Origin: Sulfurirhabdus sp.
GTDB lineage: Bacteria > Pseudomonadota > Gammaproteobacteria > Burkholderiales > SMCO01
DNA length: 24,000 nucleotides
NCBI GenBank assembly: GCA_043759595.1
Contig: JAYVLG010000071.1
Span: forward strand, 5,495 to 29,494
Direction: 5' to 3'
A model generated the notes under the pieces. The model had not been told where the DNA came from and searched no databases. It saw nothing but the letters and a program-made list of their open reading frames with translations. The position numbers were made by a program, and so were the translations under genes. Below, one piece after another: positions 17,423 to 24,000 of the stretch (the first letter of the stretch is position 1; the number at the start of each line of letters is the position of its first letter).

Positions 17423-18637
17423 ATGGAAAGCCAAATCAAAACCGCTTCACCCTTATTTGCCATCCTTTTCCTGTTATTTGGCATCAGTGCCTGTACGACG
17501 GTTTCCAAACCGAAGGTTGCCCCTCCAGCTATCGCACTTCCCCCTGTAGTGACTCCGCCAGTTAGTGTGAAAACTGAACCCGCTGCACCGACGCTGCAAA
17601 TAAGTGACTGGAAAGCTTTGCCTGGCTGGCAGGATGATAACCAGGCTACCGCCTGGGAAGCCTTTCTGCAAAGTTGTAACGGCCTGAAAAATCAGGTTGC
17701 ATGGCAGCAAGTATGTAAATCAGGGCAGCAAATTCAACACCCTGACAGCCAGTCCCTGAGACGATTTTTTGAACAGAATTTCACCCCTTATCTGGCAACA
17801 AACCCGGACGGGACGTCCCAAGGCATGATCACAGGTTATTACGAACCTGTGTTAAGAGGCAGCCGCACCCGCACTGCAAAATACCGCTTTCCACTCTATG
17901 GGGCGCCGGGCGATTTACTCAATATCGAACTGGCTGATGTTTATCCGGAGCTGAAGGGCTTGCGGTTACGAGGCCGCATTCAAGGCAATAAAGTTGTGCC
18001 TTATTACAGCCGTGCTGAAATTGAAAGTGCACAGTCACCGCTGAAAGGGTCAGAATTTTTATGGGTTGATGATGCTATCGACCTGTTCTTTTTGCATGTT
18101 CAGGGTTCCGGCCGTGTGAAACTCGAAAATGGCGAATCTGTGAGAATCGGATATGCCAACCAAAATGGCTTCCCTTATAAATCCATTGGCAAAGTTTTGG
18201 TTGATCGTGGCGAGCTGCCCCTGGAAAAAGCATCTGCACAAGGCATTAAAGACTGGACGCTGAAAAATCCGGGAAAAATGTCCGAGTTGTTAAACAACAA
18301 TGCCAGTTATGTGTTTTTTCGGGAGATGCCGAATCATCAAAATGGTCCGACCGGATCGCTTGGTGTTCCCCTCACAGCCGGACGCAGCATTGCCGTTGAC
18401 CCCCGCTCTATACCACTGGGCGCACCGGTTTTCCTTTCCACCACCTGGCCTAACAGTACCAAACCCCTTAGCCGTTTAGTGATGGCACAAGATACGGGTG
18501 CTGCAATCAAAGGTGGCGTTCGCGCTGATTTCTTTTGGGGATTTGGTAATGATGCGGGAGCACTTGCCGGCCGCATGAAACAGCAGGGGCAATTATGGGT
18601 ATTGTTGCCCAAGGGATACCCGGTTAGCACGAATTAG
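17423..18637 (+). CDS. mltA: Membrane-bound lytic murein transglycosylase A (lipoprotein)
   Basis: Lipobox FGISAC; GMITGYYEPVLRGSRT, AEIESAQSPLKGSEFLWVDDAIDLFFLHVQGSG, VMAQDTGAAIKGGVRADFFWGFGNDAGALAG. Confidence 0.95.
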   Translation: MESQIKTASPLFAILFLLFGISACTTVSKPKVAPPAIALPPVVTPPVSVKTEPAAPTLQISDWKALPGWQDDNQATAWEAFLQSCNGLKNQVAWQQVCKSGQQIQHPDSQSLRRFFEQNFTPYLATNPDGTSQGMITGYYEPVLRGSRTRTAKYRFPLYGAPGDLLNIELADVYPELKGLRLRGRIQGNKVVPYYSRAEIESAQSPLKGSEFLWVDDAIDLFFLHVQGSGRVKLENGESVRIGYANQNGFPYKSIGKVLVDRGELPLEKASAQGIKDWTLKNPGKMSELLNNNASYVFFREMPNHQNGPTGSLGVPLTAGRSIAVDPRSIPLGAPVFLSTTWPNSTKPLSRLVMAQDTGAAIKGGVRADFFWGFGNDAGALAGRMKQQGQLWVLLPKGYPVSTN

Positions 18638-18639
18638 CT

Positions 18640-18712
18640 CTCATCCGGAAACAACTGCCCCCCTCCCTTTGATGTGGGAGGGCCAGGGAGGGGTATAGCG
18701 TTTCCGGATGAG
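18640..18712. mobile_element. MITE-like palindromic element between convergent mltA and the TonB-family gene
   Basis: CTCATCCGGAAAC (18640-18652) / GTTTCCGGATGAG (18700-18712) perfect 13-bp inverted termini; inner CCCTCCC/GGGAGGG palindrome. Confidence 0.7.
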
Positions 18713-18718
18713 AACTCA

Positions 18719-19489
18719 TTAATTTTCAGGTTTCAATGGAATACGGAGAATTTTTCTGTCTGGGATTGGCACTTCGTATCGCACTCGTACCATGAAACGG
18801 CTTTTCACCTCTCTGCCTTCCCGTTTGGCAGGGACAAATCGCGCATTGCGGAAAGCGGCTATCGCAGACTCTTCAAAATAGCCTTCCGGAATAGCATCCA
18901 CCACGGAAACATCTTTTACCACCCCCAGCTCATCAATCAAAATAAGCAAAGTTACATCACCTTCAATATTGGCAGCGCTGGCATCTTCAGGATATTCAGG
19001 GTTGATCGATTGCAACGGCTTGGGTTGTTCATCCAGCTGTTTTGCAGGATAGTAAGTCGGGTCTTCCATTAACGGAATATCAAGCGCAGGCAGGCCAGAC
19101 TTTTGCTCACTCAGCACACTGTCGCTTTGTTTTTGCTCAGTATCATCCGATGTCAGTTTTTGAGGTGGCGCAATGGCAGGTTGCGGCTCTTGCACAGGCT
19201 CGGGTTTAGCCTGTTTTACCGGCTCTGCAGTCGGCAAGCTTTTCTCTTTGGCAACCGTTTCTTTTTTTATTTCCACTACTTCTTTTAATAGCGCAGGGGC
19301 TGGTTTGGCATGAGGCTTTACCCCTTCCAGACGCGCTTCAATCACTACTTGTCTGGGCCTGTTTGCTCCGCCTGGTTTGACCTTTATGCCATAAATAATA
19401 CCCAGATGAATGACAAGAGAAAGCACTAATGCCAGCGCAATGCGCTGGATAGTTACCCGACTGATTTTGGTGCAAGCAAAAGCACTCAT
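18719..19489 (-). CDS. TonB-family protein
   Basis: 256-aa ORF: N-terminal TM (IALALVLSLVIHLGIIYGI), Pro/Lys-rich spacer, C-terminal INPEYPEDASAANIEGDVTLLILIDELGVVKDVSVVDA...VRYEVP. Confidence 0.88.
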   Translation of the reverse strand: MSAFACTKISRVTIQRIALALVLSLVIHLGIIYGIKVKPGGANRPRQVVIEARLEGVKPHAKPAPALLKEVVEIKKETVAKEKSLPTAEPVKQAKPEPVQEPQPAIAPPQKLTSDDTEQKQSDSVLSEQKSGLPALDIPLMEDPTYYPAKQLDEQPKPLQSINPEYPEDASAANIEGDVTLLILIDELGVVKDVSVVDAIPEGYFEESAIAAFRNARFVPAKREGREVKSRFMVRVRYEVPIPDRKILRIPLKPEN

Positions 19490-19632
19490 CAGAATGATAC
19501 ATCACGCAATATTGTCAGCCAGCCGATCATCGGCAAGTACGCCTGTTCACCCAACATATAATCGCATCACATTCAGTGTTATGATTTACAAAAATAATAA
19601 AAACCTTCTCACATTGACTCGGAAAACCAGAA

Positions 19633-20421
19633 ATGAAAACACCCATGCTTGCTTTATTTTTTGCGTTCGCCTGCCAAAACGTATTGGCCAGTGATACCGT
19701 TACACTCAAAAAAATTTCCATCCAGTCCGGCGATGTTGAGGTGCCTGCCGAAATTGCAGTACCAAAAGGTAATGGCCCCTTTCCGCCGGTATTATACATC
19801 CATGCCAAGCGTGGGTATGACGAAGTCGATCAGCGGCATATCACCACACTGGCAGAACAGGGATTTCTGGTACTGGCTCCCGATTGGCAGAGCGGTCGAT
19901 TTATCGAACGCTGGCCTTCTGAACATAACCCCGCAACCGAAAACGATGTGGAAGCCGCATTAAACGCCCTCCAGAAACTGCCTGATGCCTGCAAAATTCC
20001 CGTGGGCTATGTTGGCTACTCCCGTGGCGGCTATTATTCTATACGGCTTGCCGCGAAGCGTGGCAAAGATATTGCCGCAATTGCCAACTACGCCGGCCAT
20101 ATGCAAAACCCCAACGCACCAGAACCGGAACAACTTTTCAGCATAGCGCCGGAGATTGCCCAGATCACCACCCCCATGCTGTTTTTAATCGGCGAACAGG
20201 ATTTTGAATTGCGCCGCATGAATGGCGGGCGTGCTTTTTATGCACTATACGAACGCGGGGTGCCTGTAGAAATGCAATATTATCCTTTGGCGCGTCGCGC
20301 TTTTGATTTCCGTAACGATCAAAGCCCGGAAGAAAAAATTGCGACCAAGCATGCTCGGGAACGGGTTAAGGCGTGGCTTCTGAAATATATGAAAGTGGAT
20401 AAGAACGGGAAGTGCGGCTGA
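19633..20421 (+). CDS. Secreted dienelactone hydrolase-like alpha/beta hydrolase
   Basis: 262-aa ORF with signal peptide MKTPMLALFFAFACQNVLA; PPVLYIHAKRGYDEVDQRHI, VGYSRGG nucleophile elbow, FLIGEQDF. Confidence 0.8.
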   Translation: MKTPMLALFFAFACQNVLASDTVTLKKISIQSGDVEVPAEIAVPKGNGPFPPVLYIHAKRGYDEVDQRHITTLAEQGFLVLAPDWQSGRFIERWPSEHNPATENDVEAALNALQKLPDACKIPVGYVGYSRGGYYSIRLAAKRGKDIAAIANYAGHMQNPNAPEPEQLFSIAPEIAQITTPMLFLIGEQDFELRRMNGGRAFYALYERGVPVEMQYYPLARRAFDFRNDQSPEEKIATKHARERVKAWLLKYMKVDKNGKCG

Positions 20422-20477
20422 GTATTTTTCCGGTCACTATGCGCCAATAAGTGCATTGTGCTGATAGGTGTGTAGAA

Positions 20478-20630
20478 AGAAATACACGCCTATTCACACA
20501 AATTAGTTCACCGCAGAGGCGCGGAGGGAAAAGCGGTTTCGAGGTGCTTCAGGTTGCGTATGGTGGTCGTTAATGCGCCGAATAACGGTCAATGCACTTC
20601 GCTTATTGACACCCTACAACACGCCTTGCA
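20478..20630 (+). repeat. Left direct repeat flanking the nucleotidyltransferase module (composite family A + REP-like)
   Basis: GAAATACACGCCTATTCACACAAATTAGTTCACCGCAGAGGCGCGGAG...CAATGCACTTCGCTTATTGACACCCTACAACGCC matches 21886-22050. Confidence 0.75.
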
Positions 20631-20700
20631 TGCGTTGCAAGTCAGTAAGGCTCTTGGCGACGCAGCAGCCATCCAGAATTTAAGTTCAATCATCTCAATT

Positions 20701-20781
20701 GTTGGTTATACTAATTTACAGTGTTTGCTAGTATAACCAACATAATCAGTTATACTATAATTGTTCTATTGTTAGTATAAC
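20701..20781. promoter_or_regulatory. Four half-site operator array upstream of the nucleotidyltransferase-fold gene
   Basis: GTTATACTA 20705-20713, TAGTATAAC 20729-20737, GTTATACTA 20749-20757, TAGTATAAC 20773-20781; the first pair extends to a 13-bp perfect inverted repeat; TATAAT at 20756-20761. Confidence 0.75.
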
Positions 20782-20785
20782 CATC

Positions 20786-21847
20786 ATGAACCTTTACACG
20801 GAATTAACCAATACGGCACAAACCGCCTATGCGCAACTTGTTGATGCGGCATTGTCTGCAGAGCATTTACGCTCGGTTGCAGACCTTTCTGGCTCCTTTG
20901 CGGCAAAGACGGTCAAGGGGCACAAATATTGGTACTACCAGTACACCGAGCCGTCAGGGAAGTTGCGGCAAGTTTTCGTAGGACCGGACAATGACGGGGT
21001 TAGAGCACTGATCGAGCGCAAAATACAACCCGCTTCCACTAAAGCGCTTGAACCACTTGCGCGTTCGGCTGAAGCCCTAGGTTGCGCCCCCGTGCTACCG
21101 CGCCATTTCAGAGTAGTACGCCGTCTGGCGGAGTACGGTTTTTTCCAAGCCGGAGGCGTGTTGATTGGCACGCACGCCTTTCTGGCATACGGCAACATGC
21201 TGGGGGTGCAATGGGGCGACGCTTCGCGCACGCAGGACATTGACTTCGCCCATGCAGGCAAGAGCTTGTCCCTCGCCTTACCTTCGAACATCGAGGTGCA
21301 AACGCATGACGCCATTCAATCTCTGCGAATGGGCTTCCTGCCTATTTCCGGGCTATCCTCCAAGGCTGGTGGCACTTACCTCATTCCGCAAGAGCCAGGA
21401 TTCAGGCTGGATTTTCTGACAACGCTTCATCGAGGCGGCGAAAAACCTTACGAACATAAACAATTGCACGTAACCCTGCAACCGCTCAAGTTCATGGAGT
21501 TCTCACTTGAACAAGTGCAACAAACCGTATTGTTCTGCAACGAAGGCGCGGTGGTTGTCAATATACCGCACCCCCTTCGCTATGCCTTGCACAAAGCGCT
21601 GATATCTGGAGAACGCGAAGGTACATTTGCCGTAAAAGCTGGAAAGGATTTGCGGCAAGTGGCATCCCTGCTTTCTTTTTTCAAGGAACACAGAGCGTGG
21701 GAAATCGAAGAGATTTGGAATGACCTGATTACACGCGGCAAGGGATGGACAACCCGAGCGCACAGAGGGATTAAGGTGTTGGACAAAGGGTTCCCAGCGC
21801 TTTGTTTGCATGATTTGTTAAGATTCCCGGATGCTTCGACCAAGTAA
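20786..21847 (+). CDS. GSU2403-family nucleotidyltransferase-fold protein
   Basis: 353-aa ORF: DLSGSFAAKTVKGHKYWYYQYTEPSGKLRQVFVGPD...; GVLIGTHAFLAYGNMLGVQWGDASRTQDIDFAHAGK nucleotidyltransferase core. Confidence 0.85.
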   Translation: MNLYTELTNTAQTAYAQLVDAALSAEHLRSVADLSGSFAAKTVKGHKYWYYQYTEPSGKLRQVFVGPDNDGVRALIERKIQPASTKALEPLARSAEALGCAPVLPRHFRVVRRLAEYGFFQAGGVLIGTHAFLAYGNMLGVQWGDASRTQDIDFAHAGKSLSLALPSNIEVQTHDAIQSLRMGFLPISGLSSKAGGTYLIPQEPGFRLDFLTTLHRGGEKPYEHKQLHVTLQPLKFMEFSLEQVQQTVLFCNEGAVVVNIPHPLRYALHKALISGEREGTFAVKAGKDLRQVASLLSFFKEHRAWEIEEIWNDLITRGKGWTTRAHRGIKVLDKGFPALCLHDLLRFPDASTK

Positions 21848-21885
21848 ACGTTGAGATTTAATACCAGTTCAGAAATGCGTATAAA

Positions 21886-22050
21886 AGAAATACACGAGTA
21901 TTCACACAAAATAGTTCACCGCAGAGACGCGGAGGCGCAGAGGAAAAGGCTGTTTCGAGGTGCATCAACTCGCTTAGAGTGATCGATAAAGCAACGAATA
22001 AAACATCCGGTGCAATGCGCTTCGCTTATTGACACCCTACAAGATGCCTT
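21886..22050 (+). repeat. Right direct repeat flanking the nucleotidyltransferase module
   Basis: GAAATACACGAGTATTCACACAAAATAGTTCACCGCAGAGACGCGGAGGCGCAGAGG...CATCCGGTGCAATGCGCTTCGCTTATTGACACCCTACAAG. Confidence 0.75.
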
Positions 22051-22141
22051 ACGCGCGCTATGGCTTACCCCGGCACTTTTAGCAAAATGGGCACGCTGTA
22101 AATAAAGTGGATGATACAAATCCAATTTAGAGGGAAACTAA

Positions 22142-23050
22142 TTGATCAATCTACGAACCACCGTATTTAACACATTGTTGCTTGCCATGTTTTGTCTGCC
22201 AATTAGCAGTTATGCCGCGACGGTGGGGCAACAATTCCGCGACATCATGGCGCAGATTGATGCCAAGTGTAAAAAAGAAAAACTCGGTCCATATCTTGAC
22301 CCAAATGAACCCCCACGCTCAGACAAACGCTCTGATGGTTCCTGCGAAATTCTCAAGGTCAAACCCGCCGACCCGCTGGCAACGGCAGAAGGGCGCTTTG
22401 CCTATTCCATCAAATTGCCACCGCCGCATGACAAGCCGAAAGTCGAATACCGGAAAGGCATGAGCGCGGAGACCTACTTTAAGGAGTTGTGCGCTAAAGA
22501 GGAGGGGGATTTTGTGTTCCGGGTGGTTGATGGAGTGGAGGGGATTACAATTATGCGGCCATTGCCGCAGGTAATCGGCATTCCTTTGTCGCAGGAGTCA
22601 GGGGGGCCAACCGTAGGTTCTTTTGTATCATCTATCAACGGAATATACAGATATGTTGATGCGGTTGAGCTTCTCGAAAACTCAAACACACAAACCCAAC
22701 TAATTCATTATAAAGTTGACCCGAAATTGCCGGTTAACAAACCGCCATACGGTAAGGCGAGTTATGCCATCAAAGAATCGCAAGCGCGCTATGGCTACAC
22801 ATTTCGAAATTCATTTCTGGAAAATAGAGAAATTGGAGTTGTGGGACAGGAATTAATTATTGCAGATCTGCAAACCAATGAGATTCTTGCATTTCGGCGT
22901 AGATTTTCACGATTAAATTTTATGGTTCGTAACTCTGTTCGACCTATGTTAGGCACACCTTGCAGATTAATACCTACCGAAAACTCAGATAACAGATTTG
23001 TCGCAAAAATTCTCAAACCTGCAAAACAAGCTAAAGGAGATCAGAAATGA
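22142..23050 (+). CDS. Secreted protein of unrecognised family
   Basis: 302-aa ORF, TTG start preceded by GAGGG; signal peptide-like TTVFNTLLLAMFCLPISSYA; no domain recognised. Confidence 0.7.
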   Translation: MINLRTTVFNTLLLAMFCLPISSYAATVGQQFRDIMAQIDAKCKKEKLGPYLDPNEPPRSDKRSDGSCEILKVKPADPLATAEGRFAYSIKLPPPHDKPKVEYRKGMSAETYFKELCAKEEGDFVFRVVDGVEGITIMRPLPQVIGIPLSQESGGPTVGSFVSSINGIYRYVDAVELLENSNTQTQLIHYKVDPKLPVNKPPYGKASYAIKESQARYGYTFRNSFLENREIGVVGQELIIADLQTNEILAFRRRFSRLNFMVRNSVRPMLGTPCRLIPTENSDNRFVAKILKPAKQAKGDQK

Positions 23051-23151
23051 GCACAATTATTCAAACCTGGTATAACTTTGCTCTGCAACAGTTCGCGCAA
23101 GAGCGCAATAACCAAAGGGCATTGCGCCGCATGCAAGAGATGAGATGCTAA
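23047..23151 (+). CDS. Small 34-aa ORF translationally coupled to the secreted protein gene
   Basis: MSTIIQTWYNFALQQFAQERNNQRALRRMQEMRC; AAGGAGA SD 6 nt upstream, ATGA overlap with the preceding stop; absent from the ORF track owing to size. Confidence 0.5.
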   Translation: MSTIIQTWYNFALQQFAQERNNQRALRRMQEMRC

Positions 23152-23387
23152 CGCCATTTCTGATTATCAACGCGCCCGACATCCAAGTGGCACCTATTTC
23201 CCACTGTCAATCTGTCACAACGTAACGGATGAGTAAAGTAAGAGCCAGCCAGTGTGAACGGCGGTTTTGAGAGCGCTTAATCCGGGACGAAGAAGATTAT
23301 CGGGCACATATGAATTATGAGCATATCAATACGGTGAAGCGTGGTTTGGTTGGGCAGGTGATGGCGGCGCTAAGTTATACATACTAA
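23152..23387 (+). pseudogene. Degraded REP-associated tyrosine transposase (RAYT) remnant
   Basis: Frame fragments SDYQRARHPSGTYF (N-terminal RAYT signature) and ERLIRDEEDYRAHMNYEHINTVKRGLVGQV (C-terminal RAYT signature), with the catalytic middle missing. Confidence 0.85.
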
Positions 23388-23425
23388 CATCCGGTGCAAT
23401 GCCCTTCGGTTATTGCACCCTACAC
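23388..23425 (+). repeat. REP-like hairpin
   Basis: CATCCGGTGCAATGCCCTTCGGTTATTGCACCCTAC; perfect 8-bp stem GGTGCAAT/ATTGCACC; related copies inside 20586-20625 and 22004-22043. Confidence 0.75.
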
Positions 23426-23441
23426 AACGCCTTGTTTTTTT

Positions 23442-23470
23442 CTCTGCGTCTCCGCGCCTCTGCGGTTAAA
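23442..23470 (-). repeat. Family A repeat, inverted orientation
   Basis: CTCTGCGTCTCCGCGCCTCTGCGGTTAAA. Confidence 0.8.
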
Positions 23471-23481
23471 AAGGCATTTCT

Positions 23482-24000
23482 CTAGACACCTTTGCGCGCA
23501 ACCATATCCACTAATGCTGACATGCCGTGATGCTTGGTGCCTTCAGCTATAAACTCTTCATGCTCCTGTAAATGCAGGATTTCCATATCGGCAAAATAAT
23601 CCTGCAACATTTTCGGCGTGTACAGATTTTCTACCTGGCCAGGACCACCGGTATTATATTCCAGCTGTTTCGGGGTGTAACCTTGCAATATCAGCAAGCC
23701 GCCCGGCTTGAGTGCTTGCTTGATATGCTCGAACATTTTGGTGCGCTCTTCCTGGGACACAAACTGGATGAAAATGGCCACAATCACATCAAATCGGGCT
23801 TTTCCCCAATCCCAGGTGAGCAAATTCGCTTCTTCAAACTGGATATTTACACCCTTTTCGGCTGCCAGTTTTTTGGCTTTGGCTTGCCCGATGGGCGAAA
23901 TATCCACTGAAAGCACGTTCAGACCTTGCTGAGCGAGCCAGACGCCATTTCTTCCTTCACCATCGGCTACGGCCAGCACTTGCTGGCCCGCTTTTAACAG
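23482..24000 (-). CDS. Class I SAM-dependent methyltransferase, TehB-like (partial, N-terminus beyond window edge)
   Basis: Frame is open to position 24000 (LLKAGQQVLAVADGEGRNGVWLAQQGLNVLSVDIS...VNIQFEEANLLTWDWGKARFDVIVAIFIQF...LKPGGLLILQGYTPKQL). Confidence 0.88.
   Translation of the reverse strand: MLKAGQQVLAVADGEGRNGVWLAQQGLNVLSVDISPIGQAKAKKLAAEKGVNIQFEEANLLTWDWGKARFDVIVAIFIQFVSQEERTKMFEHIKQALKPGGLLILQGYTPKQLEYNTGGPGQVENLYTPKMLQDYFADMEILHLQEHEEFIAEGTKHHGMSALVDMVARKGV

Noticed and set aside
20554-20736. 60-aa plus-strand ORF upstream of the nucleotidyltransferase, a possible antitoxin
   Set aside because: It is built from the left direct repeat and runs through the first inverted-repeat operator; no RBS and no recognisable HTH, so better explained as repeat plus regulatory DNA.
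23152-23387. Functional small protein downstream of the secreted protein gene
   Set aside because: Reading is broken by stops and a large internal deletion relative to RAYT proteins; scored as a pseudogene.
5067-23470. GCAGAGGCGC repeats as a CRISPR array
   Set aside because: Copies are dispersed, occur in both orientations, have no regular spacers and there are no cas genes.

Overview
This 24 kb window looks like a betaproteobacterial chromosome segment; the lineage is inferred from gene content. Most of it is housekeeping DNA. On the minus strand: erpA (partial), bactofilin, a membrane protein, argC, rplM-rpsI, a coq7/GlcF-like pair, a porin, and a trpE-trpG-trpD-trpC cluster preceded by rpe-gph. 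On the plus strand: a YdcF-family gene, OsmC, apaG, a methyltransferase, mltA and a DLH-like hydrolase. Other minus-strand genes include a TonB-family protein and, at the right edge, a partial methyltransferase. Several features are not explained by the genes: (1) a probable unannotated ~105-nt sRNA at 3599-3703(-), with a 17-bp-spaced promoter, a C/U-rich anti-SD-like stretch and a strong intrinsic terminator; (2) an in-frame palindromic repeat insertion of about 17 codons inside trpC; (3) two small PD-(D/E)XK-like nuclease genes (GxxExxY and DUF559 types) interrupting the trp cluster, with ORF ends made from dispersed repeats, including a GxxExxY cassette bounded by ~26-bp inverted repeats; (4) MITE-like elements with termini GTTCTCATCCGGAAAC; (5) an accessory region at 20.4-23.5 kb where a GSU2403-type nucleotidyltransferase-fold gene, preceded by four regularly spaced GTTATACTA/TAGTATAAC half-sites, lies between direct repeats. 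That region continues with an unrecognised secreted protein, a translationally coupled 34-aa ORF and a degraded REP-associated (RAYT) transposase next to a REP-like hairpin. All assignments come from reading the sequence; no searches were run.
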